64,000 nucleotides of DNA, taken from the IMG/VR virus record IMGVR_UViG_3300046318_000318; one strand, written 5' to 3'. The notes under the pieces were generated by a model. That model made no database searches. It was not told the origin of the DNA and worked only from the letters and a program-made list of their open reading frames with translations. The DNA comes from a virus (lineage: Duplodnaviria > Caudoviricetes). This document shows positions 47,014 through 56,463 of the stretch, piece after piece. Position numbers and translations under genes: made by a program. Position 1 is the first letter of the stretch. Each line of letters starts with the position of its first letter.

Positions 47014-47068
47014 AACCGAAGTAGAACAACCATTCTACTTCGGTCAGGGTGATTTCACGGACTTCCAT
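47012..47068 (-). CDS. candidate 18-aa peptide MEVREITLTEVEWLFYFG
   Basis: GAAGGAG SD, promoter repeat upstream, terminator right after the stop. Confidence 0.55.
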   Translation of the reverse strand: MEVREITLTEVEWLFYFG

Positions 47069-47116
47069 GATAACTCCTTCAGCATAGCGTATATTCGAAT
47101 GAATATTTGAACCTAA

Positions 47117-47152
47117 GCTCAAGTTAAGTATATGTGACTGAAATCTTTTACA
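47117..47152 (-). promoter_or_regulatory. 36-bp promoter repeat
   Basis: Near-identical to 37136-37171. Confidence 0.65.
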
Positions 47153-47161
47153 TGAGGATAA

Positions 47162-47413
47162 TCAAGGGTAGATCCATTTATTGGCTTCCATGATACGGAA
47201 ACTATAAACCACATTCTCAAATCGCTTCATGATCTGTTCATGAGTCTCACCCAGAACTTCTATGGCGGTGTTCACCCACGAGTAATCGTAAGTATTACCA
47301 TTTATAAGATCAAGAGCTGCTTTCTTGATAGTTGTGTAACCTACCACAGTAACCAAGATAAGGTTATCATTGGTTTCCAGTTGCTTCATCATACCTTGCA
47401 TTGTAATCAACAT
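47162..47413 (-). CDS. hypothetical protein
   Basis: Up to 83 aa. Confidence 0.55.
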   Translation of the reverse strand: MLITMQGMMKQLETNDNLILVTVVGYTTIKKAALDLINGNTYDYSWVNTAIEVLGETHEQIMKRFENVVYSFRIMEANKWIYP

Positions 47414-47473
47414 TTCTTTACTCCTTGGGATATTACAGACACCAGCCTCTATGGGCTGGTGTCTGTATGGGGT

Positions 47474-48133
47474 TTACATAGGGGGGACAGGTTCGGCAGG
47501 TTGATTTTGATACTTACCATTCCGATCAGCATAGCTCACCAAACATTGCTCATCCGACTGGAAGAACTGAAGTTGAGTGATGCCCATACCAGGATAGATG
47601 CGCACAGGAAGATCTGTGGTGTTGGTGATTTCCAGTGTAATGCTTCCAAACCAACCAGATTCAAGAGGTGTTACAGTCACGATAATACCAGCTCTTGCCA
47701 CAGTGGATTTACCCATGCAGACAACAGAGACATCACGAGGAACGGTCACTTTTTCGACGGTGTGTCCCAAACAAAAGCTCTTTGCTGGTAGTTCAATCCA
47801 AGCCAGGTCTTCAAAAGAAGTCAGTTCGCAAGTGTTAGCAAAGTCAGCAATGTCGATAGAGCGACCCAGCGTACTTGCCAATACAGGTGTATTAACAGAC
47901 AGACCACCACCGGAGTTAGGACTGGTGCGTACTAGGTAAGCCTCATGTCCACGGAAGAACTTGAAGTTAGGACCCAGGCGTACATCGTAACCGTAAGAAG
48001 AAAGGCCAAAGCTAGGTACTTTCTTTTCCTCACCATGAACAACGATCTTGTTTTCATTGTCCATCACAAACGGAACAATCATGTCCCGCAACAGAGAATT
48101 CTCACGAATCCATTTATCAGACTTGATGCTCAT
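47474..48133 (-). CDS. dcd: dCTP deaminase
   Basis: SFGLSSYGYDVRL, GKSTVARAGI, TPLESGWFGSITLEI, YQNQ. Confidence 0.95.
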   Translation of the reverse strand: MSIKSDKWIRENSLLRDMIVPFVMDNENKIVVHGEEKKVPSFGLSSYGYDVRLGPNFKFFRGHEAYLVRTSPNSGGGLSVNTPVLASTLGRSIDIADFANTCELTSFEDLAWIELPAKSFCLGHTVEKVTVPRDVSVVCMGKSTVARAGIIVTVTPLESGWFGSITLEITNTTDLPVRIYPGMGITQLQFFQSDEQCLVSYADRNGKYQNQPAEPVPPM

Positions 48134-48524
48134 GTTTTCTTTTCCTTAAGATGGTTAATATGTCAGCTAAAGCATGTGCTTGGTTGACTGGTGTCGATGC
48201 AAATCTGTCTCTCAGACAATTGTTATGGTTGTAAGCTTGTATGTCAAGTTCTCTCAAAAGCTCAAGGTTATTAACACTCCAGCATTTCCAAAGATCGAGA
48301 TACTCGTGATATAGATCGGTGTTTGGAATAAGACTCGGTTTACCTTTTCCCAAACGCCAGTTTATACCACCTGGATCCATTCCTTTGACATCACATTGAT
48401 AATGCATCTCTATACTTCTGCCGTCATACATGATGGCGTTAAAAGCAGAGAAACGTTTATCACCTTGGCTGCTTATTTCATAACCCTCTGTTCTTGACCA
48501 TCTTACGTCTGAATCGACTGACAT
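48117..48524 (-). CDS. conserved phage hypothetical protein
   Basis: RFSAFNA...SIEMHYQCDVKG. Confidence 0.7.
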   Translation of the reverse strand: MSVDSDVRWSRTEGYEISSQGDKRFSAFNAIMYDGRSIEMHYQCDVKGMDPGGINWRLGKGKPSLIPNTDLYHEYLDLWKCWSVNNLELLRELDIQAYNHNNCLRDRFASTPVNQAHALADILTILRKRKHEHQV

Positions 48525-48850
48525 GATGCATTTACGTAACTACCATCTGGATTATCACCCCAGCTTTGGATGACATTGATGTCTATACGAAGACCATAAC
48601 CGCTTTCACGATCGAAATCTTCAGCTAACCAAACATCTCCCATGCGAGAAGCACCTGTCACCAGGTAAACTTTGCCTTCAAAAGTAGCAAACAGTTTATG
48701 AGCTTTTACAAACTTATCAAACTTAAACCTCAGATTCGCCGGAAACCTGAAATGATTAAGTATCCAAGCTGCATAGGTTTCCGATTCTGACATCTGGGAA
48801 CAAGGAGCATCAATGAAATCATCGACATGTTTGTAGGTTCGATCAGACAT
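48503..48850 (-). CDS. hypothetical protein
   Basis: Start MSDRTY; VTGASRMGDVWL. Confidence 0.7.
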   Translation of the reverse strand: MSDRTYKHVDDFIDAPCSQMSESETYAAWILNHFRFPANLRFKFDKFVKAHKLFATFEGKVYLVTGASRMGDVWLAEDFDRESGYGLRIDINVIQSWGDNPDGSYVNASCQSIQT

Positions 48851-48854
48851 GATA

Positions 48855-49250
48855 TTAAAGTCCTTCCTTGGTTCCGTTGACAAAGTACTCTTTATGTAGC
48901 ATAGATACACCATACTTGTTAAAAAGTTGCTTATATTTTTCCTGGAACTCAGAATTAATATCAAAGTTACTTCTATCTTTGATCAAAGCCATGCATTCCA
49001 TATCAAACATAGCGTAAGTCATGTTCTCACGGAAACATTCATCAATGCAAGACTGATGAAGGAAGATCCAGCCTAGATGTGTTTTCAGACTGCTGTCTTT
49101 TTCACGAACATAGATCAGACCTGTAGACATTTCCAGATAAGTGAAATTACCTACAGTACCAAAGTTAACCACATGACCAGGTATAGCCACAGGTGTGAGG
49201 GTCAGAGTTTCCTGACCAAGGTCTTGATAATCATCTCTAAAATAGGGCAT
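48855..49250 (-). CDS. hypothetical protein
   Basis: 131 aa, leader GAAAAGAATGTATC. Confidence 0.7.
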   Translation of the reverse strand: MPYFRDDYQDLGQETLTLTPVAIPGHVVNFGTVGNFTYLEMSTGLIYVREKDSSLKTHLGWIFLHQSCIDECFRENMTYAMFDMECMALIKDRSNFDINSEFQEKYKQLFNKYGVSMLHKEYFVNGTKEGL

Positions 49251-49281
49251 GATACATTCTTTTCTTGAAGTGGGTAAATGA

Positions 49282-49686
49282 TTAAGTTGTTCTGGTGGTC
49301 AGATTGTAAGAACGGTACCCCATGGCGTTAAGAGCGTCACGAATACGACTCACGTCATTCATACTGGCATTTGCTATCACAGCTGTGATGGTAATACTGT
49401 CGATAAGCTCCACACTGGCCATGTCGATCCACTGGTCGGCATAGATGAATCGTTCCCCTGATTCCCCAATGAACTCATAGTACGTACAGCTGTTGACATC
49501 ATCAGGTGTGCCTGGTGGAAGCAAAGGAAAAATCTTCCGGTATTGAAGATCGATGTTGTTGGTCTTTCTGGCAGTGTCGGCTACCATAATACCAACCAAC
49601 TTGGCGTTGATAACAGATGCACCCAGAATACTGGGTGCTCTTGTGACAAAGGTAAAGGTCTTATTCAGACTAAATTGAGCAGCCAT
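49282..49686 (-). CDS. conserved phiKZ-like hypothetical protein
   Basis: 134 aa in the phuZ-downstream operon. Confidence 0.7.
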   Translation of the reverse strand: MAAQFSLNKTFTFVTRAPSILGASVINAKLVGIMVADTARKTNNIDLQYRKIFPLLPPGTPDDVNSCTYYEFIGESGERFIYADQWIDMASVELIDSITITAVIANASMNDVSRIRDALNAMGYRSYNLTTRTT

Positions 49687-49688
49687 TT

Positions 49689-50150
49689 TTAAAAGCTTTC
49701 TATGATACCAGAGAGGTGATTGGGTTTATAGATCAATCCGATACTAAACTGATCTACATATTTGACATCAACCAAATACATACCCTGGGGTTTGTTTCTG
49801 GCGATGGCAAAGAACATGAAGAGACCTAAGTCTTTCAATGCGTGGCTAAGTCCTGTCAATTCTCTTTCTTGTCGATAAGCAAAAGGGTGGATTTCACCTT
49901 TAGTACCAAATCGCAAGCCAGAGTAATTAGGCAGAGACAACAGATTGAAACAGAAATCAGAGTGATCGTCTGAAGTATTCATAACTACCTGAGACACCAT
50001 GTCCCTAAAGGTATTGTCACAAAGCTCAGACAGAACACCTCTGTTGACAGAATTACCCAAACACTCATACATCTTTTCAGTTATATGAGTATGTAGGATC
50101 TGTCCCAGTCTGTCGTCTATGGAAATCATCAACAAAAAACCATTAGACAT
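49689..50150 (-). CDS. hypothetical protein
   Basis: 153 aa, coupled. Confidence 0.7.
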   Translation of the reverse strand: MSNGFLLMISIDDRLGQILHTHITEKMYECLGNSVNRGVLSELCDNTFRDMVSQVVMNTSDDHSDFCFNLLSLPNYSGLRFGTKGEIHPFAYRQERELTGLSHALKDLGLFMFFAIARNKPQGMYLVDVKYVDQFSIGLIYKPNHLSGIIESF

Positions 50151-50517
50151 GATACACGTAGAGGTTATTGGGTTCTGTGATGGTCATACCTCTTATCTTG
50201 ATAGGATCGAGATTAACTTTTTGGAGTCTGTCAACGATTATCTGATAGAGCTGATCGTAAGCTTCCTCAAATGCTTCTGTGGTTTCATGAAGCAAAAGAG
50301 CAGTCAGTATGTCTGTAAGAGCTTTGTGCGAAGGTAAGGACTTATGCTTTTTAAGCTTGTTGATCAGGATTCTATTCCTAAGCAGACAAAGCCAGATAAG
50401 ATTCATCCAATCTTCGTTACTCATTTCAGACTCTGTATCCAACTGGACCAAATCCAGATTGGTAATCGCAACAGGTATGTCTATTACATACAGCTTCAGT
50501 TTTGATTCAGGTGACAT
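50143..50517 (-). CDS. hypothetical protein
   Basis: 124 aa, coupled. Confidence 0.65.
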   Translation of the reverse strand: MSPESKLKLYVIDIPVAITNLDLVQLDTESEMSNEDWMNLIWLCLLRNRILINKLKKHKSLPSHKALTDILTALLLHETTEAFEEAYDQLYQIIVDRLQKVNLDPIKIRGMTITEPNNLYVYHV

Positions 50518-50876
50518 GGTGACCTCATAAGAACTGTGGTGGGGTCAACCCAACCAACGAAATAGGATTCACCAGGGTCTACTCCGTGAGGAGCTTGTTT
50601 TATATTGGCTTGGTCCAACGATATTTTCATATCATCTACCCAGTAGTCAATACACTGTAGTAAATACCCTTCGTAAAAGATGTCTGGATTCTCATCTATT
50701 GTGCTTTCTATGGCTTGCCAGACATACTCTTCATCATCAAGATTACCAGGTACTGTCAGTATATGCTGAACAAGATTATTCAGCGGGACTGCTGAGTACA
50801 TGGGGTGAAGCTCTTCCACAGTTCTGTAATACCCTAACTCAGATCTGAGGTCTAAGGTGTACAGAGTCGGAGTCAT
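50496..50876 (-). CDS. hypothetical protein
   Basis: 126 aa, coupled. Confidence 0.65.
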   Translation of the reverse strand: MTPTLYTLDLRSELGYYRTVEELHPMYSAVPLNNLVQHILTVPGNLDDEEYVWQAIESTIDENPDIFYEGYLLQCIDYWVDDMKISLDQANIKQAPHGVDPGESYFVGWVDPTTVLMRSPCHLNQN

Positions 50877-51592
50877 GGTTTCTTAAAGTCAGCGAAAGCT
50901 TGACAGATAGCCAACATAGAACTTTCGTCTGTGTCAGGTTGCTCACGTTCCCACTTCATTCGATACCAATCATAGATCCGGAAGTCCACAGTCTTACTGA
51001 TAACGATAGCTGTGCCACGTCTTTTGGTGAAATAGAAGTGCCAGCTGTCAGGACCTACAAAGCTAGAGACTTCATCGATTACAGCAATCAGATCTGTTTC
51101 CAGATTGCCTATGGCTGTTTCACGTTTCTCTTCTTTGACATCCTGTCGAAGCAGCTTGTCTAAGTCAAGGTTATTGGCTGTGGTGTGAGTATGAGGACAC
51201 AGACGGTACAGATAATCATCAATGATTTTCTCTACCACAGACAGAAGTCTCAAATCAAATACAGGCTTTTCACAGATGTTTTTCCTGATCATCAGATTTT
51301 GAGGTGTGGGCTTCTGAATAAACCCGATAGCTTCACTATAGATGATACCAGTACAAGTCTGAAAATCCCTCATGGTGGTCAGTTGTTTCTTTGTGCCGTC
51401 TTTCATGATGGTAGAATACTCAACGTCAGCACTAAACACCAGCTCGTTGTTTACACGGTTGTAATACCCTTTAGCCAAAGGTAGCATCAACTCACTGAAG
51501 TCAGTGATATGAGAGACCTTATCCATCAGGTCTATTACAGTCACATCAGACACCTTGGTCAGCAGCTCGTTCAAGTCTTTATAATCGTACAT
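50873..51592 (-). CDS. conserved hypothetical protein
   Basis: Start MYDYK behind AGGAATGTAAC. Confidence 0.7.
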   Translation of the reverse strand: MYDYKDLNELLTKVSDVTVIDLMDKVSHITDFSELMLPLAKGYYNRVNNELVFSADVEYSTIMKDGTKKQLTTMRDFQTCTGIIYSEAIGFIQKPTPQNLMIRKNICEKPVFDLRLLSVVEKIIDDYLYRLCPHTHTTANNLDLDKLLRQDVKEEKRETAIGNLETDLIAVIDEVSSFVGPDSWHFYFTKRRGTAIVISKTVDFRIYDWYRMKWEREQPDTDESSMLAICQAFADFKKP

Positions 51593-51593
51593 G

Positions 51594-51965
51594 TTACATT
51601 CCTTTTGAAATAAATAAGACATCCCCACAAACCATCAGTTTATACGGACAGTTTGCGGAACCTGGGTGGGACATATTGACATCCCTCATTCTGTCTCTTA
51701 AGAACATAGGCATCGTGTATTTAAAATGACTATCGTAAACCACTCTAAACACATCGTGTCTGTAGTGAGTACTGAGTCTATACACACTTCCTTGCATAAG
51801 GCTGCTGAAGCTTTCTTGCACTAGCCAGTCAAACAAGTCTTCTAACTCATCTGATCTGATAAGATAGGATTGCACTATCTCAGGTAGAAGCTGAGTATAC
51901 GCCACACGCATCGTGGCTATCGATATCACGTATGTTGTATAGTTAGCTAGAACTTTAAGATCCAT
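51594..51965 (-). CDS. hypothetical protein
   Basis: Start MDLKV behind AGAAAGAATGTAAC. Confidence 0.7.
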   Translation of the reverse strand: MDLKVLANYTTYVISIATMRVAYTQLLPEIVQSYLIRSDELEDLFDWLVQESFSSLMQGSVYRLSTHYRHDVFRVVYDSHFKYTMPMFLRDRMRDVNMSHPGSANCPYKLMVCGDVLFISKGM

Positions 51966-52060
51966 GTTACATTCTTTCTTTGATTGAGGGGGTGGTATCA
52001 ATCAAAGTATGTATCGTCATAGTACTTTTTAAAAGCCTCTATATAAGGTATTAATTAGAC

Positions 52061-52104
52061 AAAAAAAAAATAACACCCCGGCCTTTTGGGCTAGGGTGTT
52101 ATTT
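52061..52104. terminator. terminator after phuZ
   Basis: AAATAACACCC...GGGTGTTATTT with A10 tract. Confidence 0.75.
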
Positions 52105-52108
52105 ATGT

Positions 52109-53083
52109 TTACAGAATCAAGCCGTCATCTGTAGATGCAGCAGAGTTCTTGACGATAGACTTCTCCACCACCACAGCACGAGCCTCATCATAGACAGCCA
52201 GACGCGCTTCCAAACGAGCCACTGTCTCATTGAACACACCACCCACGATAGAAGCGTGGATAGGCATTTCCATCGAAATAGCCTTTTGAGCTTCAGGAGA
52301 CACGTAACCTACGCACTGATATTCCACAGGCACTTCAGTACCGCTATCATGGTTATCATCAGTCAGAGTAGCCAGAGAGATCAAAGACTGACCTTTGTTC
52401 AGCTTGATAGTACCTGAGTGGAACTCCAACAGGTTCAGCTTAGGGCTGTAGCTGGTCACGCGGTTGTAGTTGATCCAATTACCCAGGTCAGCAGATTCCA
52501 ACTCACGGTTAGCACCGGAGAAGATAGCTGCTAAGATGACCACTGCGGTTTGCATCTGGTTATCCACCGCACCACGAGGGGTGTCTTTTGTGTTCTCACG
52601 ATAGAAGCAGATGACAGGTTTGTCACGCTTTTGTGAGATGACTTCGTACGACTGGAGAGTCTTCTTGGTGTTCTCAGTCTCGATCTTGGAAGCAGTACCG
52701 CCACCCATTAGAACGATCACAGTCTCATTACGAGACAGAAGCTCAGACACGAGAACGGGACCTAGGACAGAACCCGATCCGCCGCTCCCTGAGTGGATAA
52801 CGATGTTGACATCAGCTGGTTTGAACTTGTGCAAGATTTCCTTGCTCTTCTCAGCAATGATGCTGTAGTTGCTATTGCGCAACTTACCAGAGCCATCAAG
52901 CCCATCTACCAAGTAGGTATTAGCCGGAACTTCATCCAGCATATTGCTTTTACTGGTGTCGATGAAGTAAGGTACGATCTTGGCAAAGCCAGGGTCTTTC
53001 TGCCCAGCAAAGCGTTGGAACTGCTGGGTGATGTTGATGCCGAAACCACCAGCACCGTAGATAGCGATCGTTTTGTTGCTCAT
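52109..53083 (-). CDS. phuZ: PhuZ tubulin-like spindle protein
   Basis: IYGAGGFGINI, FIDTS, DGSGKLR, tubulin motif SGSGGSGS, acidic C-terminal tail. Confidence 0.93.
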   Translation of the reverse strand: MSNKTIAIYGAGGFGINITQQFQRFAGQKDPGFAKIVPYFIDTSKSNMLDEVPANTYLVDGLDGSGKLRNSNYSIIAEKSKEILHKFKPADVNIVIHSGSGGSGSVLGPVLVSELLSRNETVIVLMGGGTASKIETENTKKTLQSYEVISQKRDKPVICFYRENTKDTPRGAVDNQMQTAVVILAAIFSGANRELESADLGNWINYNRVTSYSPKLNLLEFHSGTIKLNKGQSLISLATLTDDNHDSGTEVPVEYQCVGYVSPEAQKAISMEMPIHASIVGGVFNETVARLEARLAVYDEARAVVVEKSIVKNSAASTDDGLIL

Positions 53084-53550
53084 GATGTTACTTTCTTTTG
53101 ATTGAGATCAGCTAAGACCTTTTTTACCTTACGTACATACCGAGGATCACCACCGCCGTTATAGCAAACCAATGCTAGACTTAGATTACCTCGTCGCTTA
53201 TCCATACACTCTTTCAAGATGTATGTACCTACGTATACATTAGCGTATACGTTCATAGGGTTGGTTCCTTTGAACTTCTCCCGATGATACCTCAGGTTCA
53301 CCTGCATCAACCCTTTATTACTCATGTTCTGAGCTTTAGGGTTAAAGTTAGACTCTACCTGCATCACTGCGATTATCACATTAGGTTCTACCTGATGTGA
53401 TTCTGAGGCTATCTGCACTGCCTCGTTGATCATGTTGCCAACATGAGTACATTTGTTACCGCAGCGACCGTCGATGTAGTCTGTGATATTGTTAGCACTT
53501 ACAGGTGCCAGAGCAATCAACAGACTGAACAATACGGACAGCTTAATCAT
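53080..53550 (-). CDS. SLT-family lytic transglycosylase with signal peptide
   Basis: QVESNFNP, GLMQV, YNGG. Confidence 0.9.
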   Translation of the reverse strand: MIKLSVLFSLLIALAPVSANNITDYIDGRCGNKCTHVGNMINEAVQIASESHQVEPNVIIAVMQVESNFNPKAQNMSNKGLMQVNLRYHREKFKGTNPMNVYANVYVGTYILKECMDKRRGNLSLALVCYNGGGDPRYVRKVKKVLADLNQKKVTS

Positions 53551-54196
53551 CTATATCCTTTCAGAGTTAAGACTTAAGTAAAGACATTCTACCTAAGCAC
53601 ATTATAGTCATAGTCCAAATAAAGTTTAAGTCATCAACTATAACTAGAAAGCCCTTCGGCTCACAGACTGCGGTCTCGAAAAAATCGCGCCCCTATAAAC
53701 GTGGATACCAGATTTGTTATATTTTAATAGTTAAGTAAGTGTAGACTTTATTATTTTTATTTCTCTAAAATAAAAATAAACTATCAGCTACTACCGATAA
53801 CTTATACTCTATAACTCTCTTAAGCTATCCTAGACTCTATATCTCTTACTTCTTAACTCTTTAAATTTCATTGGCTAAATGAAATTTAACTATTATTCTT
53901 TTTTTAATACTATCAGCTATATGTTATAGAGGCATTCATAAGTCCTGCATAAAGCAAAGAGTAACGGTCATAGCTATATTAGACTATATAACTAGGCAAC
54001 ATAGAGAACCACCAGCTGCTAAATATAAGGGGCGGAGCCCCTTATATATAAGCGTGGACTAAGTATTACCCTCATACATTGTTAGTAATAAATTATTTTT
54101 TCCCAAAAAGTTAGAACAGCTTAATTTACAATGCTATGACAGCTGCTTGACGGCAGCTGGATAGCTTTCTTTTTTTTGTCTTTGTCGGAGAGTGTC

Positions 54197-54721
54197 ATGG
54201 GTATATTCAATCTGAGTAATGTATCGGAACCTGCACAGAAGCCTGTGTTGCAGTCTGATAATGAGTTTAAAGCTGGTCAAATGGTAAAACCACAAGAGCC
54301 TGAAGCTACACAAAAGAGTCAGGATGGTGAGTCTAAGAATAAGACTGTGGTGATGACGGGTCCTTTGAGCAAGATCTATAGTGAAGCTCTGCATCTTGTG
54401 TATGGTAAAGAATCTATTGACATGGTAGATCCTGATGAAATCGATGGTGTTGGTGGTGTGACATACGGCGAGGAAGATAAAGAACTGTATGTTTATACCA
54501 CCGATGGTGATAAGATGGATGGTAGTGAGATGGTAGACGCTGGTGATAAGCTTAGGGTGGCTCTAGACAGTAAAAAGTATAAGAAAGTACTTTTAGCTGT
54601 AGAGTGTAAAACGCCTAGTAGAAAAGTGGCTTTACTGCACGAGATGGCTACCAGCATGGGTGTAGATGTGGTATTCAGCAGAAGAACTGCTATAGAGAGT
54701 ATGAAAGCTTATTTGTCATGA
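54197..54721 (+). CDS. acidic hypothetical protein
   Basis: ATG at 54197 behind GGAGAG. Confidence 0.7.
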   Translation: MGIFNLSNVSEPAQKPVLQSDNEFKAGQMVKPQEPEATQKSQDGESKNKTVVMTGPLSKIYSEALHLVYGKESIDMVDPDEIDGVGGVTYGEEDKELYVYTTDGDKMDGSEMVDAGDKLRVALDSKKYKKVLLAVECKTPSRKVALLHEMATSMGVDVVFSRRTAIESMKAYLS

Positions 54722-55935
54722 AAAATCTTTATGAAGCTTTTCAGAAAAACTTTAATCACGTTAAGTTTGATGGTAGATTGGCTGATCGGCTTTATAAATT
54801 TCAAATCGGGTATATCAACCAAAACTCTGAACATTTGGAGTTCTTTGGTGGGAATCTGTTGGGTGTACAGGTAGTTAGATTCAAAGATAGTGATTTGAAG
54901 AGATTTTATGAAGAGGTGTTAGATGTTGATTTGAGTATATTGACTGAAGATATACGAAGTCTTGACACCATAGATCACAGCCATAAGGTCGGTAGCGACA
55001 TACTTAACTTAACCTGCATGTACTTGATACACGGGTTTCTGAGAAGTAATTTAGTTAATGAGACCAAGAAGAAAAGAGCTACCTATGACGTGGCTGTTAT
55101 ATTTTTCTGTAGATGTTTAGCTGCTTTACTGAGTCATTACTTTAAATATCCTGCTGATCCTCATGTGGCTCAGATGACTTATGCTAATTTAAGTAATAAG
55201 TATCTCATTAAGAAACTAGGTAGCTGGCATGCTGTGGTAGACTACAGATCTAAAGAGATGACAGGTAAGGATAGCATACACCTTTCTAATCTGTATAAAT
55301 TCTCTGATGACAGCACAATCACTTATGCTGTTTCTGATGGTCAAGGTCGTATCAGAGATATGATCAAGAACTATTATGCTGAGTTTGCTTTGGTGTTAGA
55401 GTCTGGTGGTAGAATCAACACCACAGGCGGTACTTACTTTGATGCAGATGGTGAAGAGACATTGAGGGATAAAACCCGTTCTGTGGAATCTGATGTTCAG
55501 TACATGCTTCAGATACTGAGCGATAGAAACTCTTTCATCAAACATGATTTGGTGCAAGTCATCGTTGGTATCAACAAGAATACATCAGCTAAGATGTTAA
55601 ACAGTGTTCTTCAACTGGTGCATGACGGAAGTATGAATGAACATTCTTCTCTGATGCAGGATTTTGTTCAGAGGGTGGTGATATATAGTTACCATCTGTT
55701 GAATCAAAGTCAGATAGAGAACATGAGAGACTACCCTAAGATTCTCACCAATCTGAAGAATTTATATCTATCCACACGGTCTACCGACATAGAGTTGTTA
55801 AAGATCAGGGATATGGGTGCTAAGATAGTTAAGCTTTCAAGTAAGAGTAAATTCTCTGAAAGTTTGATGATGGCTACTCGCACTTCTTTGATTCTCTACA
55901 TCTGTTTAAGGGCTTTGATAGGACGAAATAGTTGA
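54718..55935 (+). CDS. conserved phiKZ-like protein upstream of terminase
   Basis: 405 aa, coupled; synteny only. Confidence 0.7.
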   Translation: MKNLYEAFQKNFNHVKFDGRLADRLYKFQIGYINQNSEHLEFFGGNLLGVQVVRFKDSDLKRFYEEVLDVDLSILTEDIRSLDTIDHSHKVGSDILNLTCMYLIHGFLRSNLVNETKKKRATYDVAVIFFCRCLAALLSHYFKYPADPHVAQMTYANLSNKYLIKKLGSWHAVVDYRSKEMTGKDSIHLSNLYKFSDDSTITYAVSDGQGRIRDMIKNYYAEFALVLESGGRINTTGGTYFDADGEETLRDKTRSVESDVQYMLQILSDRNSFIKHDLVQVIVGINKNTSAKMLNSVLQLVHDGSMNEHSSLMQDFVQRVVIYSYHLLNQSQIENMRDYPKILTNLKNLYLSTRSTDIELLKIRDMGAKIVKLSSKSKFSESLMMATRTSLILYICLRALIGRNS

Positions 55936-55961
55936 TCGTATGGTAATCTAGAGAGGACCGT

Positions 55962-56372
55962 ATGTTCAAAATGTTCAAAAGACAGATATTGAAGATTTAT
56001 GTCGGTATGAAAGGGATTCGCTTTTATACCACAGATCGCACTCCGGTCAGCCCTGAATTCATGAAATCTGAGTTCCTGGTCGTGGGTGGGAAAAAAGTAG
56101 AATTCTTCTTCTATAAAGAAGTATATACGGACTATGTTAGAAAGTATTTCTCTACGATGGAAGTGCAGCATGTGGCCTACTCGATCCGCATGCAGGTAGA
56201 TGATACCGTGCCTAACCATCTTAGACAATTTAACAATCTTAAAGTAGTCTTTAAATACGACAGCATAGCAGAGTTTCTTGAAGACGATCTCCACAGGATC
56301 CTTCTGGTGCGATATCTTCACTTTCTCGAAGACCTGATCCAAAAGCAAACGCTGAAACCAACAATACCTTGA
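55962..56372 (+). CDS. hypothetical protein
   Basis: GAGAGGA SD, terminator at 56386-56420. Confidence 0.55.
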   Translation: MFKMFKRQILKIYVGMKGIRFYTTDRTPVSPEFMKSEFLVVGGKKVEFFFYKEVYTDYVRKYFSTMEVQHVAYSIRMQVDDTVPNHLRQFNNLKVVFKYDSIAEFLEDDLHRILLVRYLHFLEDLIQKQTLKPTIP

Positions 56373-56463
56373 TCGTTTCAATTTGATACACACCAGCCTC
56401 ACAAGGGCTGGTGTGTATTTTATTATGTATTTTTATTTTATGTTTATGAAAGATACATAAAAA

